From: an uncultured Planctomycetota bacterium
Lineage (GTDB): Bacteria; Planctomycetota; Planctomycetia; Pirellulales; Lacipirellulaceae
DNA: 64,000 bases
NCBI GenBank assembly: GCA_963719315.1
Contig: CAVRBU010000005.1
Span: 32,001-96,000 of the forward strand
Direction of reading: 5' to 3'
A model generated the notes under the pieces. That model did no database searches. It had not been told where the DNA came from and saw only the letters and a list, made by a program, of their open reading frames with translations. Shown piece after piece: positions 30,773-40,700 of this stretch (the first letter of the stretch is position 1; the number at the start of each line of letters is the position of its first letter). The translations under genes were made by a program, and so were the position numbers.

Positions 30773-32578
30773 TCAGGTCGCTCGTTCCGCGTGCCGCTTC
30801 TTCAGGGCTTCGCTAATCTCATAACACCGCGCCTCGGTAAGCGGGTAGCGCAGCGTGAGCAGGATCGAGACGCAGCTCAACACGAGCGGCAGGCCGATTT
30901 CCACGAATCGCAGGCGGAATAGGGTCGTCGGTGTCTGCTTCTTGAGCAAAGTCGTCTGCTGCAGCAACTCGTCGACTTCGCGATCAACGTCCGCTGGGGT
31001 GACGAACATGCGGCCAGCGCTCGCTCGCAGCACTGCCACTTTGGCGCGAATGGAGTTGGTGCGTTCGATTAAGCGATGGAGGTGCTCGGCTTGATCGGGA
31101 TTTTTTTCAATCCGCTCATCGAAGTGACGACGTAATAGTTCCGCGTTTTGGATCGCGCTCTCAAGCTGCTCGACGAATTTGGAAGTACGAGTCGCCGCTT
31201 CGGCCCCTTCGGTCGGTGGCTCGTGGGCCATGGATTGGATGCTCGCTACGTTTCCGCGTAAAGCATCCACGGAAACGTTTTGCCGCTCGTCAAAACCGGT
31301 AAAGACCAGCAGCGCGCCGGTGACAAAGCTGGCGAAGGCACTCCCCATCTTGATGAACCACCAGTAGACGGAATAATAGCTGCCCTCGGATCGCGTACCG
31401 GTCTTGAGCTCGTCTTCGTCGCAGACGTCTCCGACCATCGAGGATCCCAACGTGAAGAACATCAACATGCCCGTCGAAAGTAACACCGTGGGAATGAGAA
31501 CTAAGAAAGGGAGCTCCGGGCTATAGCAGAAGATCTTGGAAAGTTGTGCGGCACACATCAACAGGATGGCGATGAGAAGAGTTTTGTTCTTGCCCAGGAG
31601 TTTGCTAAGCCAATTGAGAGGGAACACCGCCACCAATCCGGCGATGGCCCAAGCGGTACCGGCGATCCCCAAGAGGCGGCTGGCGGCGACGGCGTCTCCG
31701 CCATAGAGATAAAAAATCGTAATGTAGTAGTTGAAGAGAGCGACGAAATTAAAGCCCATCGCCAAGGTAAAGATAATCCCTACCAGACTGAGGAATGTCT
31801 TGTTGCTCACGGTGGTACGCAAGTCGTCCCACAAGCCTGATCTCCGCTGTTTTTTGGCGACGGCGAAGCCCGGTTCCCGGAGTGCGACAAACCACCAAAC
31901 GGTTAGCGGGATGAGCAAAGCCGCGATGAACATTGAGACATATCGCATCCCATCGGTCAGGTCGCCGCTTGGACCGCGGAAAAAACTTAGGCTGGCAAGA
32001 AAAATCAGCCAAGGCGTTCCCATTGCAAACAGATTTCCGAAAAAGCTCTTGGCGCTGAACAGACGGGTACGCTCGTGGTAGTCGCCCGACATTTCCATTC
32101 CGAGCGCTCCATGAGGGATTTCAAAGATCGTGGTGGCCGTAAAGAATATGAGCAGGCCACCGAGGATGTAGGCGAGTTGGAACCAGTTGTAGGCAGCCTC
32201 CGTGGGGAATAGAGCTCTGGACCAGCTGCCGCGGGGTACCCACCACATGGCGACGAAGCTCAGCGCGACGGCGATGCCACCTAGAAGAATGTAAGGACGT
32301 CGCCGCCCCCAGCGAGTTCGCGTGTTGTCGGAAAGGTGCCCCATGATCGGATCAGAGATCGCGTCCCATAAGCGGGGAACGATCATGATCGTCCCCAACC
32401 AGAACGCGCTGAGTCCGAGCGAGATATTTCCGAGCAAGCCCATAAGCTGCCCGGCAATGTTAAAGAGGGCAATCGGGATCAAGCCTCCCATGCCGTAGGC
32501 GACCAGTTGGTTCCAGTGGACACGGTCCTCCGCCGCATTCGTGTGCCGCTGGCGGGCCGCTATATGGGGTAGTGTCAT
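30773..32578 (-). CDS. GPH-family (MelB-like) MFS sugar transporter with a large late insertion
   Basis: PRLWDAISDPIMGHLSDNTRTRWGRRRPY, DYHERTRL, DVCDEDELKTGTRSEG. Confidence 0.92.
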   Translation of the reverse strand: MTLPHIAARQRHTNAAEDRVHWNQLVAYGMGGLIPIALFNIAGQLMGLLGNISLGLSAFWLGTIMIVPRLWDAISDPIMGHLSDNTRTRWGRRRPYILLGGIAVALSFVAMWWVPRGSWSRALFPTEAAYNWFQLAYILGGLLIFFTATTIFEIPHGALGMEMSGDYHERTRLFSAKSFFGNLFAMGTPWLIFLASLSFFRGPSGDLTDGMRYVSMFIAALLIPLTVWWFVALREPGFAVAKKQRRSGLWDDLRTTVSNKTFLSLVGIIFTLAMGFNFVALFNYYITIFYLYGGDAVAASRLLGIAGTAWAIAGLVAVFPLNWLSKLLGKNKTLLIAILLMCAAQLSKIFCYSPELPFLVLIPTVLLSTGMLMFFTLGSSMVGDVCDEDELKTGTRSEGSYYSVYWWFIKMGSAFASFVTGALLVFTGFDERQNVSVDALRGNVASIQSMAHEPPTEGAEAATRTSKFVEQLESAIQNAELLRRHFDERIEKNPDQAEHLHRLIERTNSIRAKVAVLRASAGRMFVTPADVDREVDELLQQTTLLKKQTPTTLFRLRFVEIGLPLVLSCVSILLTLRYPLTEARCYEISEALKKRHAERAT

Positions 32579-32792
32579 CGGTGTCAGGAACTGGTTGGCG
32601 TCATTGAAATCGCGGCCAAATGCTCAATGTGGATGAAGAGCTTTTGTACTCAACTGGAATTGCGAGGCTCCTGCCGAGTCGGAGGATTTGGCGCACCAGC
32701 AGTCTGCCCACGCCGAATTCAGACGTAGTTACGTTGAATCCCGACAAGGTACTCGCCACGGCCCGACTCAATGATTAAGCTAAGAGAATGGA

Positions 32793-32808
32793 CTGAAAGC
32801 GCTTGCGG
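32793..32808. promoter_or_regulatory. LacI-type operator 1
   Basis: CTGAAAGCGCTTGCGG in the divergent MFS/GH94 spacer. Confidence 0.75.
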
Positions 32809-32847
32809 TCCCTACCGACTAGGGTTTTACCACATCGGCGACACATT

Positions 32848-35800
32848 ATGAAGCCAGCTTCAGCCAGTAGTATTCCGAGACGCCGCGCCTCCCCCTCTGT
32901 TGAATGGTCAAGGGAACTACCATCGCAGGTCGTTTCACTTTCAAATGGCCATTACACAGTTCGGCTCAGCGAGGTCGGAAGCGGCTACTCTGAATGCCGC
33001 GGGGCGGCAGTAACGCGATGGACAGGGGATGAAACCTGCGATGCCGACGGGTTTCATATCTATTTGCAAGACCTGGAGATCGACCATGTCTGGTCGGCCG
33101 GCTATCAGCCGACTCGCGAGGCTGCTCAGCAATACGATTTCCATTGTGAGCGCGGTGTGGCAGAAATCGTGCGGCTAGACAGTGGCATCGAATGTCGCCT
33201 GACGGTGTGTGTTTCACCACAGTACGATTTCGAGATTCGTCGCTGCCAATTGACGAATCTGGGTGAGGGGAGGCGCCGCCTCAGCATTACGAGCTACTTG
33301 GAGTGGGTGCTCGGCAACCGTGACGCCGACGCCAACCACCCGGCGTTTTCAAAGCTGTTTGTCGAAACCGACTTCTGCGCGGAGCACAGGGCAATCCTGG
33401 CCAGGCGTCGCCCGCGGCATGGTGGTGAGACTGATTGTTGGGGGTTTCATGCCGTGATTGGCGGCCCCGCCGCGGATCAGCAAGGCCCAATCGAATTTGA
33501 GACGAATCGTGCCAGATTCATCGGCCGTGGCCACACCATCGCGCGGCCCAAAGCAATAGTACCGGGCGCGATTCTGAGTGGTGACAGGGGGTCGGTGCTC
33601 GACCCGATCGCTTCTCTGCGAGTTGCTCTCGAACTCAAAGCAAACGAATCACAAGTAGTCGCGTTCGTGCTGGGCGCGGCACCGAACCGGGCTGAGGTCG
33701 CTCGATCTCTCGAAGTGACACGAAATATGGCCGATGTGGAGCGCGTTTTTAATGAGGTCCGTTCGTCCAGCTTATTAGACGATTTTCAGCGCGACCCAAT
33801 TTGGCCGACGAATGGTAGTGGCAAACCAGAGCGTGTAATAATTCATTCGCCGCATCGGTCCCAGCGAACTTCCGCCGCTGTAGCCCCAGAAATCTCATAC
33901 TTGCCAGCCGGCGTCGAGGCATTGGAAGGCCAACCTGGCGGCTCCGACACCCGGCAACCGTTGCAATTTGAAAACGGCTATGGCGGGTTCTCTGCGGATG
34001 GCCGTGAATACGTCATTCGCCTCTCGCCTGAGGGTCGAGAAGGTTCTCGTCGCCCTCCCCTACCATGGATCAATGTAATCGCCAACGAGCATGCGGGGTT
34101 TCTCGTCACCGAAAGCGGGGCCGGCTATACCTGGTCCGGCAATAGCCGATTAAATCGGCTTACCGCCTGGCATAATGATCCCGTGACCGATCCGCACAGT
34201 GAGGCCCTCTGGATTCGGGACGAAGACGCCGGCGTTTTCTGGTCGCCATTGCCGGGTCCAACACCCGCCGCGAGCGAATACCTTGTGCGTCATGGTTTCG
34301 GCTACACGACGTTCGAGCATGAAAGTCATGGCCTTTTGCAAGAAACGACTTTGTTCGTAGCTGCTGACGAACCCGTGAAACTCACTCGGATTCGGCTCGT
34401 GAATCGCAGTAACCGCACGCGCCGCTTGTCGCTCTTTTCATATTTACATTGGGCGCTTGGCGGGCTTGCCGGCGAAAGCTCGGGCCAGATCGATACTGAG
34501 TATGATGCCAATGAGCAAGTGATTTGGGCAACGAACCCTAACCGGGAGCACTATGGTGGCTGCGTTGCCTTTTCAACTCTACGAATTGATGGTTCTCCCC
34601 AAGACGATTCCGTCGCCTTCTCTTGTGATCGAGCCTCTTTCCTAGGGCGTGACGGCGACGCCCGATCGCCGGCGGCAATCGCGAAGGACTTAGAGCTTGA
34701 TCGTCGCGCTGGAAGCGAGCTTGATCCATGCGCCGCGTGGCAGGTATCGATTGAATTGCCACCAGATCGGGAATTCGAATGCACGTATCTACTTGGTGAA
34801 ACAGTCGATCGCGTTACGGCCGCCAGGCTGATCGACAAATTTGGCAACAAGGAGTTGGTGCAGCAGGCGTTGAGTCAGGTGAAAGCGTTTTGGCGCGATG
34901 CGGTTTCGGGAATCACTATTGAAACTCCGGACCGCGAAATCGACCTGCTGGTGAACGGCTGGCTGGTATACCAAAACCTGAGTTGCCGGATTTGGGGACG
35001 GTCGGCCTATTATCAGTCGGGGGGCGCTTTTGGCTTTCGAGATCAGCTTCAAGACGCGGCCGCCTTGGTTTACCATTGCCCGGAAATTACGCGCTCGCAA
35101 ATTCTTCGGCACGCAGCCCAGCAATTCGATGAAGGGGACGTCCTGCACTGGTGGCACCCCGATACGGGCTATGGTTTGCGTACACGATTTTCCGATGACC
35201 TCCTCTGGATGCCGTTCGTCACGGCCGACTACATACAAAAATCAGGCGATGTGGCGATTCTTCAGGAAGAATTGCCATTCCTCACGGCGGCTCGACTTGC
35301 CGATGGGCAAGCGGAGGTCTATCTTCGCCCGGCTCCTTCGGGAAAGAGGGCCACGCTGTATGAGCATTGTTGTCGGGCGTTGGACCTCGGCCTGACTAGT
35401 GGACAACATGGGCTGCCGTTAATCGGTTGCGGCGATTGGAATGATGGTTTCAGCCGAGTCGGCCATTTGGGCCGCGGTGAGAGCGTCTGGCTTGGGTTTT
35501 TCATTGATTATGTTCTCGAGCGTATGCTGCCTATTTGTAGTCAGCACGGCGATCAACCGCGGGTTGCGCAATACACGGCCTATCGCGAACGGCTTCGTGC
35601 CGCGCTCGACTCGGCCGGCTGGGACGGCGCCTGGTTCCGCCGTGCATATTACGACAATGGCCAGCCAATTGGCTCGGCAACGAGCGATGAATGCCAAATT
35701 GATGCGCTGGTTCAAGCCTGGGCCGTTCTATCGGGCATCGCTTCCGGGGAACGCGCCGAAAATGCGGTGCAGGCGGTGGAGGATCGCCTCGTCTGCAATG

Positions 35801-36414
35801 AGGCAGCCCTGATCCGCTTACTGACGCCGGCTTTCAACAGCACGCCGAACGATCCCGGTTATATCAAAGGTTACTTGCCGGGCATTCGAGAAAACGGCGG
35901 GCAATACACGCACGGCGTGTTGTGGTTCGTCCGCGCGATGGCCGAGTTGGGCCACGGCAGCCGGGCTGTCGAATTGCTGCGAATGCTGACGCCGATTTGG
36001 CACACGCGCAGCAAGGCCGAGGCCGACACGTATCAAACCGAGCCGTATGTCGTGGCGGCGGATGTGTACGGCGAGCCGCCGCATGTCGGCCGCGGCGGCT
36101 GGACGTGGTACACGGGTTCCGCCGGATGGATGTTTCGCGTCGCCGTGGAATCGATTCTCGGTTTCACAACGGAAAATGGCGACACGATCGTCATGAATCC
36201 CTCGATCTCCGCCACTTGGCCAAAATTCCGGCTCAACTATCGATTGCCGGATGGGAAGACGTGTTTTGAGATCGCGGTAGAGAACCCGTATGGCAAGGAA
36301 CGGGGCGTTACTTCCGCGACGCTCGATGGTCAACCGGTCGCCGTTGTCGATGGATCGGCGCGCATCCCTCTGCTGCACGACGGCAAATCGCACCGCGTGA
36401 TCGTTCGTCTATAA
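32848..36414 (+). CDS. GH94 phosphorylase, NdvB/Cgs C-terminal-like (probable 1,2-beta-oligoglucan phosphorylase)
   Basis: Two tandem GH94 N-domains (SLSNGHY...HPAFSKLFVET; PWINVIAN); YQSGGAFGFRDQLQD, GCGDWNDG, ENGGQYTHG, WTWYTGSAGW. Confidence 0.9.
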   Translation: MKPASASSIPRRRASPSVEWSRELPSQVVSLSNGHYTVRLSEVGSGYSECRGAAVTRWTGDETCDADGFHIYLQDLEIDHVWSAGYQPTREAAQQYDFHCERGVAEIVRLDSGIECRLTVCVSPQYDFEIRRCQLTNLGEGRRRLSITSYLEWVLGNRDADANHPAFSKLFVETDFCAEHRAILARRRPRHGGETDCWGFHAVIGGPAADQQGPIEFETNRARFIGRGHTIARPKAIVPGAILSGDRGSVLDPIASLRVALELKANESQVVAFVLGAAPNRAEVARSLEVTRNMADVERVFNEVRSSSLLDDFQRDPIWPTNGSGKPERVIIHSPHRSQRTSAAVAPEISYLPAGVEALEGQPGGSDTRQPLQFENGYGGFSADGREYVIRLSPEGREGSRRPPLPWINVIANEHAGFLVTESGAGYTWSGNSRLNRLTAWHNDPVTDPHSEALWIRDEDAGVFWSPLPGPTPAASEYLVRHGFGYTTFEHESHGLLQETTLFVAADEPVKLTRIRLVNRSNRTRRLSLFSYLHWALGGLAGESSGQIDTEYDANEQVIWATNPNREHYGGCVAFSTLRIDGSPQDDSVAFSCDRASFLGRDGDARSPAAIAKDLELDRRAGSELDPCAAWQVSIELPPDREFECTYLLGETVDRVTAARLIDKFGNKELVQQALSQVKAFWRDAVSGITIETPDREIDLLVNGWLVYQNLSCRIWGRSAYYQSGGAFGFRDQLQDAAALVYHCPEITRSQILRHAAQQFDEGDVLHWWHPDTGYGLRTRFSDDLLWMPFVTADYIQKSGDVAILQEELPFLTAARLADGQAEVYLRPAPSGKRATLYEHCCRALDLGLTSGQHGLPLIGCGDWNDGFSRVGHLGRGESVWLGFFIDYVLERMLPICSQHGDQPRVAQYTAYRERLRAALDSAGWDGAWFRRAYYDNGQPIGSATSDECQIDALVQAWAVLSGIASGERAENAVQAVEDRLVCNEAALIRLLTPAFNSTPNDPGYIKGYLPGIRENGGQYTHGVLWFVRAMAELGHGSRAVELLRMLTPIWHTRSKAEADTYQTEPYVVAADVYGEPPHVGRGGWTWYTGSAGWMFRVAVESILGFTTENGDTIVMNPSISATWPKFRLNYRLPDGKTCFEIAVENPYGKERGVTSATLDGQPVAVVDGSARIPLLHDGKSHRVIVRL

Positions 36415-36422
36415 TCCGGCTC

Positions 36423-37795
36423 GTGAGTGTTTCCTTGTCCGACCACGCTTTTCCCGCCGGTTTTCTTTGGGGCGCCGCCACAAGTGCCTATCAAATCGAG
36501 GGCTCGCCTCTTGCCGATGGGGCAGGCGAAAGCATTTGGCATCGCTTCGCCCATACATCGGGAAACATTGTTGCGGACCAGCACGGCGACAACGCCTGCG
36601 ATCACTATCGGCGATTTTTGGACGACATCGCCTTGATGCGCGACTTGGGAATCCGCGCGTATCGCTTCAGCACTAGTTGGTCTCGCGTAATGCCCGAAGG
36701 AACGGGCAAAGTGAACACCGCCGGGCTGGATTTCTATAAGCGCCTGGTGGATTCGCTCGTTGAGCATGAAATTCAGCCGATGGCCACGCTCTATCATTGG
36801 GATTTGCCGCAGGCGCTTGAAGATCGGGGTGGTTGGGCAAACGCTGAGTCGATCGATTGGTTCGCCCAATATGCGGAGCTAATGTACCGAACATTCGATG
36901 ATCGCATCAAATTGTGGGCGACGATCAACGAGCCGTGGGTAATCGTGGACCAAGGCTACGTGGAGGGTCGGCACGCGCCGGGACATCGTGATTGGGCCGA
37001 AGCGGCACGCGTGTCAAAAAACTTGTTGAAGGCGCATGCTGCGGCCGTGTCCGCGTATCGTTCCATTGGAAAACATTCAATCGGGCTCGTCGTCAATTTG
37101 GTTCCGATCCATCCCGCAACGGCAAGCGAAGCAGACCGTCAGGCGGCGAAGCGGTTAGACACCTATTTCAATCATCAGTTTCTCGACCCCGTTTTGCTCG
37201 GCGAGCAGCCGAGCGCGCTACCCAAAATGTTCGGCTCCGCGTGGCCCGAGTGGACAACCGAAGAACTACAACAAGTCAGGCAGCCCATCGATTTTGTGGG
37301 GATCAACTACTACCTACGATTGGTGGTCTGCGACGATCCGACAACGGGCCCCGCCCGCGCCGCGCGGTAACGCAGCCCAACTGTCCGCGCACGGCGACGG
37401 ATTGGGAGATTTATCCGTCCGGCCTGCTTGAAACTCTTCAATGGGTGCAGGCACGTTACGGCAATCTGCCGCTGTATGTCACGGAAAACGGCGCCGCTTT
37501 CGACGATGTTCTGTTGCCAAATGATCGCGTGGATGACCGCCAGCGTATAGAATACTTGCGTAGCCACTTGCGTGCCGCTCAGCGAGCGATCGAGGCCGGC
37601 GTCGATTTGCGCGGCTATTTTGTCTGGTCTCTGTTGGACAATTTCGAGTGGCAATCCGGCTTTTCCAAGCGCTTCGGCATCGTGTACGTGGATTTTGAAA
37701 CTCAGCGACGTGTGCCGAAAGCCTCCGCTCGTTTTTATACCAACGTGATTCGCGGCAACGGCGCCGTTTTAGCAGGTTCATCGAATGACTCGTAA
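36423..37795 (+). CDS. GH1 beta-glucosidase (frameshift near 37360)
   Basis: FLWGAATSAYQIEG and TINEP in ORF 36423..37370; YVTENG and WSLLDNFEW in ORF 36992..37795. Confidence 0.93.
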
Positions 37796-39266
37796 GTGTC
37801 TTGCAGTATTGTTGTTCGTTCTCGCGCTGACCGCGACGGCCCGGGCGCAGGACCTCAACGCCGTACGCGACGACCAAATCAATCGGCTGAAAAACTACGT
37901 CGTTGATTCGATTCTGCCATCGGGATTAGTGCGCGATTCTCTGGTACTCAACGGAACCAGCTTCCACCCGGCGACTCCCGATGCCGCCGGCTTCGCGCTG
38001 CTAGGGCTTAGCGCACTCGACCATTTGGGTAAGCTCCCGGATGCCGAGCAGCGAGTGATGAATATCCTCTCGTCCTACGCTGGCCAGACTCCTGGGGTAA
38101 CGCCGGCCCGCTCCGCCGATGGCCACTTCATTCACTTCATGAACATCAACACTGGCGCCCCACAGGGCGGCGGATGGGATGCGTCTTACACTCCAATTGG
38201 CACGGCGCTATTGGTCTCCGGCGCCCAGTTTGCGAAAAACCAATTTGCTGGCAACGCGACGATCGCTTCACTTGCGGACCAACTAACTAACAGCGTCAAT
38301 TTCAACGCGGCCATCCATCCAAGCCTCGACGGCCGCATCTTTCTGGACCAGACCGTCGCCGGTGGCGGCGCGGGCGGTGCAGTAAAGCCGTGGAACGAGT
38401 TCATGCTCGTCGAAAGTTTGGCGTTGCGTGAAACCAACAACGCCCGGGCACTAGCGGTCAAGCATCTCTGGTTGGATACCAACAACATTCCGCAAATATC
38501 TTACGCCGGCATTCCCACGCTCACCGATAATCCCGGCCGATACGCGCCCGCCTTTTGGGTGCAACAGATGCATTTCTTCAACGGCGACTTCCTGCACAGC
38601 ACGGAGTTCGAAACGTTCTTCACGAACCAGCAACTCGCCGACAAGGCCTATTCCAGCGGCGCCCTTGGCCAGGCATATCGCTATGGCCTCACCGCCGGAG
38701 TCAGTCCCAGCGGCGGTTATCAAGTGGATCGAATCCTCGACCAACATAATGTGTTCTCGCCGGAGGCCGTAGCCGCTTGGGGAGATATGGATACCCTGCT
38801 GCAGTTCCATGCCGCACAGGCCCTTCCAGCAAACGACCCACGCTACAAGTACGGCTTGCTGCGCGTTCTGTCGACGAATCCAAGCCTGACGCCCAACGAC
38901 GCGGGATTGGTGGACCATTTGTTTTTGCTATTCGGCCTGGTGGAGAGTCTCGACCCGAACTTCTTCGCGGACCGCGTTTTTCCGGGTTTGGCACCCGCCG
39001 ACTACAACGCCGATGGCGTTGTGGACGCCGGTGATTACGGTGAATGGAGAAAGACTTTCGGCTCGCAAACGCAGTTATGGGCGGACGGGAATGGGGACGG
39101 TGGCATCGACGCCTCCGACTATGTCGTTTGGCGGAAAGGATTGTCGTCACCGGCCCCCGCAGCGGCCGCCAGTGTGCCGGAGCCAAATTCGCTCTTATCC
39201 ATGACCATCATGGGACAAGCGATAATTCTCCTGTCGGGGGGGCTGCGGCGGCGTTTTGCCGTCTAA
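37785..39266 (+). CDS. Secreted divergent GH144/glucoamylase-like protein with dockerin-like repeats and PEP-CTERM
   Basis: Signal peptide; GFALLGL, DGHFIHFMN, PIGTALLVSGA, YGLTAG; DYNADGVVDAGDY and DGNGDGGIDASDY; VPEP-TM-RRR. Confidence 0.7.
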   Translation: MTRKCLAVLLFVLALTATARAQDLNAVRDDQINRLKNYVVDSILPSGLVRDSLVLNGTSFHPATPDAAGFALLGLSALDHLGKLPDAEQRVMNILSSYAGQTPGVTPARSADGHFIHFMNINTGAPQGGGWDASYTPIGTALLVSGAQFAKNQFAGNATIASLADQLTNSVNFNAAIHPSLDGRIFLDQTVAGGGAGGAVKPWNEFMLVESLALRETNNARALAVKHLWLDTNNIPQISYAGIPTLTDNPGRYAPAFWVQQMHFFNGDFLHSTEFETFFTNQQLADKAYSSGALGQAYRYGLTAGVSPSGGYQVDRILDQHNVFSPEAVAAWGDMDTLLQFHAAQALPANDPRYKYGLLRVLSTNPSLTPNDAGLVDHLFLLFGLVESLDPNFFADRVFPGLAPADYNADGVVDAGDYGEWRKTFGSQTQLWADGNGDGGIDASDYVVWRKGLSSPAPAAAASVPEPNSLLSMTIMGQAIILLSGGLRRRFAV

Positions 39267-39289
39267 TAAATTAGTGGTGGAAAAAAGTT

Positions 39290-39328
39290 ATGAAAGCGCT
39301 TGCATTCCTTGAATGCCAGCGCTAAAAT
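39290..39328 (+). promoter_or_regulatory. LacI-type operator 2 overlapping the -35 of the DUF1559 promoter
   Basis: ATGAAAGCGCTTGCAT (39290-39305); TTGCAT-N17-TAAAAT. Confidence 0.8.
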
Positions 39329-39382
39329 GCAGCGGGCGGTCGGTCTCGACGACTGCGTCTTCTAACAGCGGAGCATCTCGTC

Positions 39383-40498
39383 ATGGCGGCGAATCGTGTC
39401 GGTTGGAATCGTGGCTTTACGCTCGTCGAGCTATTGGTCGTCATTGCGATCATCGGCATTTTGGTCGCCTTGCTGCTCCCTGCGGTTCAGGCCGCGCGCG
39501 AGGCGGCACGACGCACGCAGTGTAAGAACAATCTCAAGAATATCGGTCTTTCGATTCTTAACTTCTATGATTCATATAAAACGTTTCCCACTGGCGGAAC
39601 GGAGCCGAATCCCACACTTGAAAACTATCTCCAGGATACGTATTCGCAGCCGAACACCTTTCTTCGTAAAGGGCCGGCTAATGGACCGCTGGAGCAAGGC
39701 CTGGGCTGGATGTATCAGATCTTGCCATATTTGGAGGAAGGGGCGGTCAAGGACGTCACACGAACAAGTCAGCTTACGAAGATTGCGATACCACTCTACA
39801 ACTGCCCTTCGCGGCGGGGAGTAACATTTCATAATCAATCGGGTATTTCGCTTGTCGATTACGCGGCAACTGTGGCTGGACCGCCACGTTCCGAAATCGG
39901 TGACACAGAATTCAATAAGTATGTGAACGACCCTGCGCCCTATCCATACTTCAAGAGCAAGCAGGCCGATATCTTTTGGGGCTGCCCAGGCTGCTCTCAG
40001 AGTCAGGGACGCGGGCTGGGCGATCTAAAATCCAAGGTGACGGCTGGACTGAGACCCCAGTTTCGGGGCGTCATCCAGCGCACGGATTGGATGTACACGC
40101 CGTCTCCGGGGTACCACATTGGGTTCACAGGAAAAATGACGTTCGCCAAAATCACCGATGGAACGAGCAAAACCATTCTCGTTGGAGAAAAGTGGGTTCA
40201 TTACAGTTTGGTCGAAGGAACCGGCGGACAAGCGGATGACCGGGGTTGGACCGACGGCTGGGATTTTGACGCCCAACGCTCGACGCTGATTCATCCGCGT
40301 TCCGACGGTGAAAACCCCCCGCCAGACGGTACACCGGATGATCCGTCAAATTATCCGCTCGGTTCTGCCCATTCGGGAGGAATCAACGTGGCATTTGCGG
40401 ATGGATCGGTTAGCTTCATTCCTTATGAAGTCGACTTGGAGACCCTGAACAGACTTGGGAACCGCCAGGATGGGGAGATTATTTCGCAAGGGTTTTGA
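39383..40498 (+). CDS. DUF1559 prepilin-type protein
   Basis: [56 protein letters not shown] (H-X9-DG). Confidence 0.95.
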   Translation: MAANRVGWNRGFTLVELLVVIAIIGILVALLLPAVQAAREAARRTQCKNNLKNIGLSILNFYDSYKTFPTGGTEPNPTLENYLQDTYSQPNTFLRKGPANGPLEQGLGWMYQILPYLEEGAVKDVTRTSQLTKIAIPLYNCPSRRGVTFHNQSGISLVDYAATVAGPPRSEIGDTEFNKYVNDPAPYPYFKSKQADIFWGCPGCSQSQGRGLGDLKSKVTAGLRPQFRGVIQRTDWMYTPSPGYHIGFTGKMTFAKITDGTSKTILVGEKWVHYSLVEGTGGQADDRGWTDGWDFDAQRSTLIHPRSDGENPPPDGTPDDPSNYPLGSAHSGGINVAFADGSVSFIPYEVDLETLNRLGNRQDGEIISQGF

Positions 40499-40571
40499 TC
40501 GTGGCGGTCGCTGCTGGCGTAATGTTGCCCGCAGCCGGAAAGAAAAAAATCCAGGCATTTTGATTCAATGG

Positions 40572-40626
40572 TTGACAGTTTTGCGATAATCAATTACGCT
40601 GAATATCGCGATGAGAGCGCTTTCAT
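40572..40626 (+). promoter_or_regulatory. Sigma-70 promoter plus LacI-type operator 3
   Basis: TTGACA-N17-TACGCT, then ATGAGAGCGCTTTCAT (40611-40626). Confidence 0.8.
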
Positions 40627-40700
40627 AGAATCGCCTTCGGCTGCTTCGTGAACGACTAGGCGTTCGGGAAAATAAAATGCCGCTTTTGGAGACACTTACT

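Noticed and set aside
32803..32847. TTG start of the GH94 ORF
   Set aside because: It lies inside the LacI operator; ATG 32848 is more plausible.
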